From: Octopus sinensis | Taxonomy: Eukaryota | NCBI RefSeq assembly: GCF_006345805.1 | Contig: NC_042999.1 | Span: forward strand, 41,292,001 to 41,356,000 | Length of the DNA: 64,000 bases | Direction: 5' to 3' | Shown here: positions 27,108-40,160 of the stretch, piece after piece | Numbering within the stretch: the first letter of the stretch is position 1 | Layout: each line of letters opens with the position of its first letter | Position numbers and translations under genes: made by a program | Notes under the pieces: model-generated | Told to the model about the DNA's origin: nothing | Databases searched by the model: none | Seen by the model: only the letters and a program-made list of their open reading frames with translations

Positions 27108-27153
27108 AGGCGCAGGAGGGACTTTGTGGTAAGAAGCTTGCTTCACAACCATC
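27108..27153 (+). mobile_element. SINE type A head only, truncated by the adjacent element
   Basis: AGGCGCAGGAGGGACTTTGTGGTAAGAAGCTTGCTTCACAACCAT followed by an abrupt switch to C/A-rich sequence. Confidence 0.75.
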
Positions 27154-27737
27154 TTCCCTATCCTTCCCACCCTACCACACCTCATCTTTCACACTCACTC
27201 CCACATACCCTACCTCTACCACCAACCTCAGCCTATCTCACACCCCTCCCTTGCTTTCCCCACTCTCACCTCCTCAACCTCCCAACACCATCACACCACA
27301 CACCACTATACCATACCACACAGCATATCACATCACAACACAACACCACGTACACATCAGCACTGACCACTTCCCAGCCCCACATTTCCACACCTAGACA
27401 TACCCACACGCACACGTCAAGATCACCAGCCCTCTTCCACACGCACATACAAACTCTCTTACATACACGCACGCGCATCTTCGTTTTGGGATCACCACTA
27501 CTTTTTTACCTGCCCTTCTTCCTAGCACTCCTGTGTGACCCTTCTATCCGGCATTCGCCATAATAGATCGGTAGCCACTACACGTTCTTTATTTTCTCTC
27601 CTTGCTTCTTTCTGTGGAAGAGCGTAGGCTCGAAACGTTAAAGACTTTTCCGTTCTCGAGCGTTATACTAATAGATCTGTTTGCTGTCTACACCACCTAT
27701 CTTCGTCTTTTGTTTTGTTTTTTTGTGAATTCTCCCC
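27154..27737 (+). mobile_element. Putative Penelope-like 3' terminal fragment
   Basis: C/A-rich tract, then a hammerhead-like motif, then a T-rich tail ending GAATTCTCCCC directly before (TA)n. Confidence 0.5.
27607..27644 (+). ncRNA. Minimal type I hammerhead-like motif (A6U variant)
   Basis: TCTTT-CTGTGGA-A-GAGC(GTAG)GCTC-GAA-ACGT-T-AAAGA. Helix I is 5 bp, helix II is a perfect 4 bp, and helix III is the palindrome ACGT. Confidence 0.45.
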
Positions 27738-27739
27738 AT

Positions 27740-27807
<68 letters not shown>

Positions 27808-28510
27808 AACATGTATATATGTACATATGCATACGAATACACTATATGCACGCATGAATATATATGTGTGTATTATCGTCTTTTGTAGTAGTTTCTGAAA
27901 TAGAAAGTAACAAAATAACAGACAAGCAATAATCTGTAATCAATTTCGTATCAAATTCTTCCCCTTAAGTAACTGTAACACAAAACATTCAGACAAAGAA
28001 GTTTTGTTTCTGTCATTATTTTTTTTTTGTGTGTTTTCATATTGAAACTTCTTTTTTTTATTGTTTGCGAAATATTGCCTGACAAAATTATTTGTCTTTT
28101 GTTTGCGTTACTATTTGCTAGGTCTGGAAAACCGGCCACTGCCCTTTGACTTTGCATCCCTAATCCCAATACCTATCGGTCTGTTGTCATTGATGATATT
28201 CTTGAATATTTGCAAATCTGCGCCTTCTTTAAATATTTGAGCAGAGATGGATTCAAAAAAATGCGACTTTCTTGAAATGAATGACTGTGTGTAGTGAATA
28301 ATGCAGCATCTGGGATGTCGAACGCCTCAAGGATGACGAGAGCAGGAGATGCGGGTAGATTAAGAGCGCTTGATTTGAGATAACACAAATCCAGCCATCT
28401 CTAATGAGCCGAAGCAGTTTTAAATAATATATCGTTGGGGGAAATTTTTTTTATCTACTTCGAGCTTTATTTTATTATCGTTTATTTTATTCAAACTATT
28501 TCTGCTTGTT

Positions 28511-28580
28511 CTAGGTGGAACTGAACATAGAACCATGTGGGTAGAAAGCAAGCTTCCTACCATGCAGTCACGCCTGTGCC
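28511..28580 (-). mobile_element. SINE type A head fragment
   Basis: GGAACTGAACATAGAACCATGTGGGTAGAAAGCAAGCTTCCTACCATGCAGTCACGCCTGTGCC. Confidence 0.7.
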
Positions 28581-29768
28581 TATGTACTTGTGAGGGACGG
28601 GGAAAGTAACTGATGTCAAGGAGATATCCTTATCGACTAAGATAGGACATTGTAAATTTTCGGAAATGTTAAATTTAATAGAAAAGAACGCGTTTAAGCT
28701 TCCGAAAATCATGTTTAACTTCCAAGTACTGTCGCAAGAAAACATTCATTCAAAATTCAAGAAATAGTTGAGCCACATGAAATTTAAACATTTGCAAAAA
28801 CAGAAGTGTGAAGACCACCATCAAGTATGCTAGACAAACCGGAAGTCAACAAATCGACGAACAACGTTGGCAGAAACCGACTAAGAAAGATATTGTTTTC
28901 CACTAGCTAGCCTCGTTTGCAGATTATGGGAATACATGGATCTAACAGTTTGATTAACTGGACCTCTGCTAAAATTATTGAGCTCTCTTTTTTTTTTTCT
29001 TCGCATTATTGTATACATAGCAATACTAATACACTACAGCATACCAGTTTACTTACACACACACACACACACACACATTCTCTTTCTCACTCACAAATAC
29101 ATACATATAGTTTATATAAGACGTATCTTAACAGTAACATAATAGGTCTATTCGTTTACATTTATTGATGTTTTGCCAGTATTAATGAAGATACGTGCTA
29201 AATTCAAAGCTGATTCGTTAAGAGCTAATCTGATTTTTCTTTTCTTTTGCTCAATTGATGAAAGTGATTTTTATTAAAATAATGAAAACGTTACATGAGA
29301 ATGTAAAATAATGAAAACGTTACAAAGGCGGGTAGGATGGTGAAATGAAATCAAATGATATCGCATTTTCATTCGTATTCAGAAAAATGTCTTGCTTGGA
29401 ATTGAAACTAGTTCAAAATTGGCTACTAGACACCTACTTAGTTAAGCAGTTATTGAAGCGTGAGAGAACGATTTAAGAGAGAGGGATGACATTTCCAGAC
29501 AGCTGAAGTGAGTGTCATTTGATATAACAAAAACAATGCACTTTCTTCTTTCTTGTCGGTGTGTATTAGTTAGCAGGAGAACAAATAGAGTAAGCTCTGT
29601 TTCATATGACTAATTTCTGTGGAGAAACAGTTCGTTAGTGATAAAAACTGCGTGTTTTATGAAATAGAGTTTAGGAGCCATCTGGGTAGCGCTGATGTCT
29701 TCTTGTTACAGTCTCTGTCTGTCTCAGTATTTGACTTCATCTCGCCTTGTCGCTCAAATACACAAGTT

Positions 29769-30128
29769 TTAGGAGTGGCTGTGTGGTAAGTAGCTTGTTT
29801 ACCAACCACATGGTTCCGGGTTCAGTCCCACTGCGTGGCACCTTGGGCCGACCAATGCCTTGTGAGTGGATTTGGTAGACGGAAACTGAAAGAAGCCCGT
29901 CGTATATATGTATTTATATATATATGCGTGTGAGTGTTTGTCCCACTAGCATTGCTTGACAACCGATGCTGGTGTATTCATGTCCCCGTTACCTAGTGAT
30001 TCGGCAAAAGAGACCGATAGAATAAGTACTGAGCTTACGAAAAAAATAAGCCCCGGGATCGAGTTGCTTGATTAAAGGCGGTGCTCCAGCATAGCCGCAG
30101 TCAAATGACTGAAACAAATAAAAGAGAG
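29769..30128 (+). mobile_element. SINE type A with a short internal deletion
   Basis: CCTTGGGC is joined directly to CGACC. The CAAGTGTCTTCTACTATAGCCTCGGG segment of other copies is lost across a GGGC microhomology. Confidence 0.9.
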
Positions 30129-30224
30129 AAAGAGAAGGAGAGAGATCCATCAGACTACTCCGACCACCACCACCACCACCACCAAAAACTACCACTACTA
30201 TTAATGTTTCACTTTATGCAAAGA

Positions 30225-30872
30225 TATTCTTTTATTCTTTTACTTGTTTCAGTCATTTGGCTGCGGCCATGCTGGAGCACTGCCTTGAAGGGTTTTTTTC
30301 CGTCTACGAAACCGACCCAATAACTTATTTTGTAAGCCTTGTACTTATTCTATTGGTGTATTTTGCCGAACCGCTACGTTACTAACCTCAATATATAATA
30401 ACTGGGGTTTATTTATTCGACTAAAAACCCTTCTAGGCGGTGCTCCAGCATGGTCAGTCAAATGACTGAGACATGTGAAAGGCTGAAAGAATATCTTTGC
30501 ATAAAATGAAGGCGCCGGAGTAGCTGTGTGGTAAGAAGCTTGCTTCCCAAATACATCGTTCCGGGTTCAGTCCCACTGCATGGCACATTGGTCAAGGGTC
30601 TTCTATTATATCCTCGGGCCAACCAAAGCCTTGTGAGTGAATTTGATGGACAGAAACACACCAACACCGGTTAAGCGGTGATGAGGCGGCAAAGACATAT
30701 ACACATAGCTACACAAATAGATACACATTCTTTTATCCTTTCACGTGTTTCAGTCATTTGGCTGTGGCCATGATGGAGCACCGCCTCGAAGGGTTTTTAG
30801 TCGAACAAATAGACTCCACGGCTTATTTTTTTTATTAGAGCTTAGTACTTATTCTATTGGTCTTTTGCCGAT
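30225..30872. mobile_element. Rearranged cluster of SINE type A fragments in both orientations
   Basis: Minus tail 30225-30390, plus tail 30405-30485, plus head 30511-30653, minus body 30654-30725, minus tail 30727-30872. Confidence 0.8.
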
Positions 30873-32885
30873 TCAAACGTTTAATTCAAGATAGAGTAAC
30901 ACATTTATTTTAGTTAAATAGACATTGCTAACTTTTTTGTTTGAAAAAAATTATAACAAACGTGTGTGTATGTATGTGTGTGGTGTGTGTGGTGTGTGTG
31001 TCTGTGTGTGTCTGTGTATGTATCTTTGTGCTGATGTATTTAAAAGTTATTTGTATTCTTTCAGTTAACCGAGTATGTATTCCCCACTCATCGTTTTTTC
31101 GCGCATTCGGGGGATGGGGGAAAAAGCGCGAATCCTGCACAGAAGTGTTTGTTTTAGTACTAAACATCAACACCAACACCCTTCTATTTCGGGTATATTT
31201 CCTGCAAAACAAATATTAAGTTCCTTAGATTTCATGAATGGTACTTTACTGTATTCTTTAAACTATATCGTGATACTACGAACTGCGACTCCATTTATTT
31301 GCTATGGATTTTGTCCTACATTTCTACTACGAGATATTTTTGTTTCGTGTTCGTGCGTGAGAATTAATCTTTTAATTGCGATAAAATATAACGTTTTCGA
31401 TATTACAACAAATAAAAGCAAACATCATTACTAACCAAATAATTTAGAAGCACTCCCTGTCCCTTCCTCAAACGTTTGAATATTATATCTTAAATAACTG
31501 ATAAACATGTACTATCTCTCTCTCATTCTCTCTCATTCTCTTTCTCTGTATATAAATGTGTGCGTGTGAGAGTGAGTATCTGTATAGTTTATGTTATTTT
31601 TGCTCTAGTGCATGTATGTTTATGTTTAATGTTATATTTTAATATTAACATCGATATATCTGTATAGATAACTTTGAGAGAGCAATAAGAGAGTCTTTGT
31701 GTTGCATTTATTTATTCGATAATATTTTAGATTTCTTTTACCATTCTATTCATAAGCAAGCATATATTCAGATAATGAAAATGTTCACGAAACTGAAAAT
31801 GTTATCAAACAAAAGTTAGTATTGTACTTACCCGATAACCTGTGAGCTGTAAGACAATATCAATACTACTAACAAACAAAAAGTAATCACATCATTTATT
31901 TTTTTCGTACAAGCACCAAATACATACATATAATCACAACACAGACGCATAAACACGCGTGCCCGCGTGCACACACATACACTGATGTATATATATATAA
32001 TAGGCGTACATCTAATTATACAGTAACTATTATATATGTATGTGTGTGCCATAGATAAATAGATGCGTATGTATGTACGTATGTGTATGGAATACGCTTC
32101 TTGATGAGAATTTTCCCAGATATCACGAAAGTGTGAATAACTAACTCCAGAATTTCAGCCAATTTCAAATATTTCGACAGTTATACCTTACATTCTAAGA
32201 ACCGTATCACCATATATAGTAAATGTAATTTCTTCATGTTTGCGATGGGCACAGACTCAATAATTTAAGGATTTCATTTCAGCAGGTCCTTGTAAATTTT
32301 ACACCAAGTTTTCTGATTCTAAGCAAGATGCGCGCACGTTTATTCGCCAACTATTGACTAAAGAGGTCGCAGAAATTTATAGTTTTCGAGTTCTTATTGC
32401 CTGCAGCAATTTGAATTATAGAGGCTTTATTTGCCCAACTTTTCGTTCTAGATTTCCATCATGTTTTGTCACTGAAAATATTGGAGCGACTTATGTTCCT
32501 AGATTGAATTCTGTTGACTTTGTGATGAAATATTTCATATTTGCCTCAAGCGAAGTTTGGAAAAGCTAATGTTTCGTTTTCAACCCTTATATTTTCTTTT
32601 CCAAAAACTAACTATTCTTTCAGAATTTTCAATATATATATATATTTGTCTTAAAATATGATCCTTGTTATTTTTATCATATTCTCGATGCTGATTGACA
32701 GCTTCAGCAAAATGTGCCTTAATTTCTGTAGGTTTAAGTTCGGATACATCTAAGCGCTTGAGAAAAGTTTATTTCACGAAACGAGACAGTGGTCGTTCTA
32801 ACATTTAGTACACCTCATAGCAAAGGCATTGTGAGGGTCTTGGAAATAAAAGTGATGTACTTCTTTTATTATAATCTACCATATT

Positions 32886-33105
32886 AAGGCGGCGAGTTGG
32901 CAGAATCTTTACAATGCCGGGCAAAATGCTTAGGGTCGCATATCATCCATCTATACGTTCGTTCTGAGTTCAAATTTCATCAAAGTCAACTGTGTCTTCC
33001 ATCTTTCAGAGTCGATAAACTAAATACCTGTTGAATGCTGATTCAATGTAATCGAACACATCTCTATCTCAAAATAGCTGGTTTTGTGTCAAATTTTGAA
33101 ACGAA
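32886..33105 (+). mobile_element. SINE type C, degenerate
   Basis: AAGGCGGCGAGTTGGCAGAATC...GTTCTGAGTTCAAATT...GAGTCGATAAA. Confidence 0.8.
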
Positions 33106-33904
33106 AATAATGGAAACATCATAATACCAAGTGCTAGCCGCTAGAGTGAATGTATTTATAAGAACATTTGTACATTTTGAAGTGGTTTAATTCATTGGCT
33201 AAGGTGTTAGAGCTGAAGTCTATTGATATTTAAGCTTATGATACTAAATAGTTCCCGGTGCTATGATCACTCCCACCCCTTGATGTGAAATCACCCAGAA
33301 GAATAATCCTATCCTCCTTTCATAAGACGCTTACGGATTATTTAAGATCACAGTAAAAGGGCAGTTACTTTATTCACAGAATGACTCATGTTACGGTATT
33401 TTAAGCGGGATGCGGAAAGAAATTAAGCTCTCCAGCTTGTGAAAAGGGATTCGTAAATCTTTTTGAATTCATGCTTCTGTTGCACAGCCCACTCCATTAT
33501 CTCTTCTCTCTCTAATATGATTTCCTTTAACAGAAAAATATAAATCCATAAATCTCTTCGTTTGTCCATCACCAGAAAGAAGATTTTCGTAAGAGACCTA
33601 CATTGTATATGCCTTACGGAGATAATTATTGGCGATCAGAGCAGTTAGGCCTTTTACACTTAGGTCTTTACTGGACTTTCATTCTTCACAAATATTTGTA
33701 TTATTACAGCAGGTTCCTTTCCTGCTAGAATATAAAAATGATGCTTTCTGCATGGTTGTGAATGCGATTATTTCTGTTGCTCATCTTAGTATTTATCATA
33801 TATATATAATGCTTTTTCCCCCTTTTCAAAGATCTTGGTATCAAAATATATTTTAAACCAAACAATACTTTATATATACATGGCTAAAAAAATGGATTTA
33901 CAAA

Positions 33905-34118
33905 TGCAATATCCCTACATATCTCACATCCATTTTCTTTTATTTCCTCCACCTCACTCTCTATTTTATATCTTATCTAAATGAACTATTTCTTAGCCAT
34001 CCTCTCACACTGTCACCGATGAAGGAATATAACAAATATCCAGGAAACAGCCGTAAGACCTCCTATCTATAAATGTTCTACACAGCCTTGGTTTTTATCT
34101 CATTACGAAAGACATTTT
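33905..34118 (+). mobile_element. Putative Penelope-like terminus
   Basis: C/T-rich tract, degenerate hammerhead-like motif and a ~60-nt tail abutting a (CA)n/(TA)n array. Confidence 0.35.
34012..34059 (+). ncRNA. Degenerate type I hammerhead-like motif (CCGAUGA core)
   Basis: GTCA-CCGATGA-A-GG(A)ATAT(AACAA)ATATCC-AG-GAA-AC(AGCC)GT-A-AGAC. Helix I is only 3 bp, with an A.A mismatch at its base. Confidence 0.3.
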
Positions 34119-34170
34119 ATATACACACACACATACACACACACACCACACACACACACACCACACACAC

Positions 34171-34227
<57 letters not shown>

Positions 34228-34233
34228 ATATAT

Positions 34234-34275
<42 letters not shown>

Positions 34276-34471
34276 GATAGCAGTAAGCTCGTGTTCGAGT
34301 AGTCCCACACATGCGAAAGTACGACCAGCCATTTTTGCGAAAAGTCTTCCATTTTCAAGCGATGCCTGTACATGATGCTATTTTAAAATGGGAAAATGAT
34401 ATGCAAAAATATAATCCAACTCTTCGAACATGGACAACATCTCATAGAGAGTTGTTGTGACAACAGAGGGT

Positions 34472-34681
34472 TTTTTCACTTGTTTCAGTCATTAGACTGC
34501 GGTCAAGCTGGGCACCGCGTTGAATGATTTTTTAGTCGAATGAATCGACTGCAGTACTTTTTTGAAGTCTGGTACCTATTCGAACAGTCTCTTTTGTTGA
34601 ACCGCTAGCTAAGAAGGCGTAGACACGCCATCAACAGTTATCAAGCGCTGGTGGCGTTGACAATAAAGATACACACACCAC

Positions 34682-34719
<38 letters not shown>

Positions 34720-34815
34720 ATATATATATTTATTTATTTATTTATGTATGTGTGTGTATATATGCATATATATCTATATACTACGGGCTTCTTTCAGTTT
34801 CCGTCTACCAATTCA
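34472..34815 (-). mobile_element. SINE type A, head-truncated, with expanded internal microsatellite
   Basis: Tail CTTGTTTCAGTCATTAGACTGCGG and body CGGGCTTCTTTCAGTTTCCGTCTACCAA. Confidence 0.8.
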
Positions 34816-34887
34816 CATAACTTCTGTGCCTTTACACACACACACTATATATATATACACGCACAAACACACACACACACACACACT

Positions 34888-34963
<76 letters not shown>

Positions 34964-35439
34964 ATATATATATATATTATCTGTCATATATTAATTATGT
35001 CATTTTAATTTTTCATTTATTTTGTTTCCATTAAAAAGCAGAGAAGCTTCGATGATATATAGTCATCCATACATACACAAATATTTCCATACGTGTATGT
35101 ACACACAGCTAAATGTCCTCCAGGATTTGTTTTCTCTTATTGAAAAAATAACCCCAATTTTTTTTTTAAGATTTGATAACAATATATATTTTTCTGCAAT
35201 AAAATCATTCTCTTGTACAAGTGTGTCGATCATAACTTTGTGCAAGTGATGTTGTTTGCTGTTTATGTTTTGAGTTCCAACTTTTTTTTCATTTATATTT
35301 ATATTTATCATTCAAATGCAATTTTTTATTTCGAAGAATTTGGTATCAAAATATAATTTAAAACAAATTATATTGTATGTCTTCCATTTTATTTTATTGT
35401 ATTATTGTTCAGTAATAGATGGAATAGACTCTAATATAT

Positions 35440-36090
35440 TGCATTGTAGAAAGCCAGTAATTTTGCGGGAAGGGTCAAGTCGATTCTATTGAATCCTGTG
35501 CTCAAATGGTACGTATTTTATCAACTCCGAAATGATGAAAGGTCAAAGTCGACCTCGCAGAATTTGAACTCAGAACATAAAGAGGGACGAGATGCTTCTA
35601 ATCATTTTCCCCAACGTGCTAACACGTCTACTAGCCCGCCGCCTTATATATAGATTCTAATATTTGTTTCAAAATTTGGTGCAAGGCCAGCAATTTCGAG
35701 TAAGGTGATAAGTGGATTGCATCTACCCCAGTGTTCAACTGGTAGTTCTTTTATCGACCCCAAAATGATAGAAAGTAAAGTCGACCTCGGTGGAATTTAA
35801 ACTCAGATCGTGAAGACGGACGAAATGTCGCTAAGATCGCCGCCTTATGTGTAGATTCTAATATTAAAAAGAAAGCCGGTGAACTAGCTGTATCGATACC
35901 ACGTCGAGCAGAATACTTAGTGGTATTTCGTCCTTCTTTTATGTCCTTAGTTCAAATACTGCCGAAGTCGACTTAGCCTTTCATTCTTTCGGTGTCCATA
36001 AAAAGCACCGGTTTAGCACTGGGGTAGATGCAATCGACTATTTCACTCCCCCGCCATTTCCAGCCTTGTGCCTATCGTAGAAAGGAATAT
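35440..36090. mobile_element. Three adjacent SINE type C copies (-, -, +)
   Basis: Minus copies at about 35440-35646 and 35665-35847, plus copy at about 35870-36090. Each has the AAAGTCGAC/GTCGACTT core. Confidence 0.8.
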
Positions 36091-37104
36091 TGATAACATT
36101 TTATGTATAGTGTTTGAAGATGGGTTGTGAAAAAGATCTTACATATGGTCATTGTTAAATTAACGGACATGCTGGTATAATATGTAGCCACACATGTGAA
36201 TAACCTGCATTAAACTTTCTGTATACTACAACCAAATACTGAAGGTAAGTATTAAGATTTATATTAGCAAAGTAACTGTACCATCCTAACTGTTTTGGGT
36301 AATGCTGTTTCTGTCGATTAACGAAAACATTTTGGTCTCCACTCCTATCTTTCTTTGTTAAAGATTTCTTTCTTCTACTCTCAGCAATACTGGACATCTC
36401 AATGATTACAAATTATAATAGAATAATAGATGTTTGTCCAGGTGAATGATGATCACAGACATATATGAATATCGTTTCTTTTTTTTTTTAGCCTCAGACT
36501 AATTATGTCAGGAACCTTTCGATTAACTCTATTCCAGTTCTAACCTTCCAGGTTCTTTATTTTATTTCTTTTTGTGCAAAAACAGCAAGTCTAAAACTAC
36601 ATCCTTCATTACGTCCATCGCCACTAAACTGGTAGGGTATCCTTAGAAACGGATTCCATTGCTATATCTTAATGTCTGTCAACCAAGTAACAGTTTCATT
36701 GTTAAGTCTACTGACGCTTACTGAGGCAAGAAGGACACCTTCAAACAGATAACGACTATATTTCTGTAATAGGACGAAATTGTGGTTGACTAGAAAAGTC
36801 ATCGTTACAAACGTGCTAAAAGCTGCTATAGTGTCTTAGTCAGCGTTACGTTGTGAGTGGGAATATTATGTTGATGAAAACTGTGTGGAAGCCCATTGTG
36901 TATCTCTGTGTTTGTGAGTGTGAACATATATGTGTGTGTATACATATATGTGCGTATGTATGTGTGTGTGTATGTGTGTATAAAGAAAGGGGGAGAGAAT
37001 CTCGGTAAAAAGATACTTACTCCACAGGGTGCATTATAATTAGCGAGTTATTTTTGAAAGTGATCTCCTGTGTCCCCTATTCCCTCACATTTCTTTCTAA
37101 TGTA

Positions 37105-37107
37105 TGA

Positions 37108-37145
<38 letters not shown>

Positions 37146-37146
37146 G

Positions 37147-37178
<32 letters not shown>

Positions 37179-37300
37179 TGTATGTATGTATGTATGTATG
37201 TATGTATGTATGTGTATGTATGTATGTATATGTATGTATGTGTATGTATGTATGTGTATATATATGTATGTATGTATGTGTGTATATATCTATCTATCTA
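37105..37300. repeat. (TA)n-(TATG)n microsatellite
   Basis: Direct reading of the sequence. Confidence 0.95.
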
Positions 37301-38675
37301 TATATATATCCATATATACCCTTATATACATGTACAAATATACATGCACACGGATATACAGACATAGACAGTTACATGCAATCATACAGTTCAGTAACGT
37401 TACATAAGTACTGTCTTCCGCATTTCGCGACGAGTTGGCGACAATTATACCACCAACTGTTCCCGGTAGTTTTATGATTTAGGGCAGTCATGAGCAAAAC
37501 TGCGGCCGATTTGCTTTCTGAATGACACGCATACTTCCATGAGCAAATCAACGTTTATCAGAACTTTGTTTCATTTCATTCTCGTTTATTCAACCAGTCA
37601 CACACATAACACTCTTTCACTCTAACTCTCTCTCTCTCTTCTTCACTCTTTCTCTATTTTTCTCTCTCACACACACAATAACTATCAAATGTCATACTAA
37701 CCTCCTTTACTTATTAATATGAGTTGTGTTGAGGTACACCAATCAGAAAAATAAAATTATTCCCACTCATCAGCCATCCGTGTAATTTTCAAACGTGCCT
37801 CAAAGTAAATTTGCCCCCCTTTCAAACATTCAAGAACCTTAAATTGGCATCTCTACTCAGAGCATCTCATCAGTGAATGAAAATTATTGATTTAATGTTT
37901 CCTTTCAGATTCCAACACTGATAACAACTTGTTGCAATAATTCAGCTACCGTAACTACACGTCCCTATCGCCTGGCCTTACCAGGCAAGATTGATATAGC
38001 CTTGAAAGTGTAAGCATGCAAAGCTACGCTACACGATACGCACTTGTGATTACACTCTCTAAATGATCGTAACAAGTTGTTATAAATGGTGAAAACAGAA
38101 ATTGAACATTAAATCAATAATAATTATTTTTGCAGGTTTCAATTTTTGGTAGCACTTACTCATGCTTCATTACAAATGCAGGAAAATATCTGAAGAAATT
38201 CTAAGAACTGTTCACAAGTGATTATTCTTTTGCTGAACTGATCATTGTTTAATATGTTTTGAATCCATCTTCTGTTTTAAGAGAAATGTATGTTGAGCAG
38301 CAATACGCTTCAACATTGGCGGTATAATAGATTTAAGGGAAATATTAGAAAACAAAATAAACAACCTATCAAGAATGAGAGCAGTAATATAAATACCCTC
38401 GTTTTTAAAAAGCAAACAGAACTCGGAGAAAGTGTACACGCAAGCTATGTTGCCATTGAAAAAAGTTAACCAGCAAACTGTACAGACGTAACCCAGATCA
38501 TCATACACTAATCAAAGGTCTTGTAAGAATTCTTTTAAAATGGTGGTGGTTACGTGTTCCAGATTTTATAAAATCTAGGTTTGAAACAAGTACAAGCATA
38601 ACATTTTCAAAGTTTTGTACATGAAAACTTATTGATGAATTATGCAAAGATCTTCGACTAAAGAAATGTCTTTTC

Positions 38676-39080
38676 GGCAGCGAGCTGGCAGGGGCAAAAT
38701 GCTCGGTGGTATTTCGTCTGCCGTTACGTTCTGAGTTCAAATTCCGCCGAGGTCGACTTTGCCTTTCCTCCTTTCAGGGTCGATAAATTAAGTACCAGTT
38801 ACGCACAGGGGTCGATGTAATCGACTTGATCCATTTGTCTGTCCTTGTTTGTCCCCTCTGTGTTTAGCTCCTGTAGGTAGTAAAAAAATAGGTATTTCGT
38901 CTGTCTTTACGTTCTGAGTTCAAATTACGCCGAGGTCAACTTTGCCTTTCATCCTTTCGGGGGTCGATTAAATAAGTACCAGTTACGCACTGGGATCGAC
39001 ATAATCGACTTAATCCGTTTGTCTGTCTTTGTGTGTGCTCTCTGTGTTTGGCCCCTTGTGGGCAGTAAAGAAATAAGAAA
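38676..39080 (+). mobile_element. SINE type C, dimeric form
   Basis: Two tandem ~190-bp units, each GTATTTCGTCTG...GTTCTGAGTTCAAATT...GTAAA(A/G)AAATA. Confidence 0.9.
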
Positions 39081-40074
39081 TATAATCTTTTCCCCATTTG
39101 TAAGACAGGTTCTTGTGTATTCCCTCAAATGTAGTGAAAATGGCGGAAGCACGTTCAACGAAAAATTTCCACGAATTCTTTTTAAAAGTATGTCTCTCTT
39201 TATGGTGAGCCAATCTTACGCGGCCGATTTACTCCGAGAAAAAAAATTGCCCTAAACATCTTTAAAGTGTTGAATACTTCTGTCTGGAACAAATTTCTTC
39301 TCTATCAACACTTCATCTACCTTTCTGTCAGTCTTGTCTCTCGTTCTCTTGTTTTCATTATTTATTATTTCCTTACTATTTCTCTCACTAATGGTCATAC
39401 TAAAAGAGGCACACGGACACAAGTATACACCTTCACACATGCAAACACAGTCATATATATATATATATGTGTGTGTGTGTGAATGTGCGTGTGTGTGTGT
39501 CTTTATGTGTGTTTATGTGGGTGGGTGTGTTCGTGTGTATTTTAACAATCAGAAGCAACAGCCGAAACCCAACACACTCACATATGTCAAACGATACGCA
39601 GCGTAAAGACTGGGAACTGTGCGTGGCAATTATTTAAGTCCCTGGTAGTTCGGCTTACCATTAACCATGTGCCACGTTTACGTGAAATACAAAAGAAACA
39701 CACATCTGGAAAATATTGTCTTCGGATGACTAATTGCTGTATTGCTGTTTCTTTTGCGCTGTTCATGATTTTGTAACAGAGATCACTCCCATTCCTGCGA
39801 ATTTCGATTTATTTCTCTATTTATTTTACAATTCTTAGTTTTTGTCGCTGACGTTGATGGTTCGGCAAGTAATGTTTGTAGGTTTCACTACTCTTCTTGC
39901 GTTCTATTTCCTATTTTATTTTATTTTATCTTTTAGCTGCATTACAGGCCACAAATGGAATATCTAAAACATTGATTCAAATAACTGTTATTCTTGGGTT
40001 AATTGATTTCTCTTGCAGACAAGCATGCCCTACCCTGGGTTGCAATAACTCAAAATGTGTTTTCTCTTATCTCC

Positions 40075-40158
<84 letters not shown>

Positions 40159-40160
40159 CT
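40075..40160. repeat. (CT)n-(CTAT)n microsatellite
   Basis: Direct reading of the sequence. Confidence 0.95.

Noticed and set aside
29383-29507. Segment with a good acceptor and GTGAGT donor
   Set aside because: Stops in all three frames; at best a non-coding exon without support.
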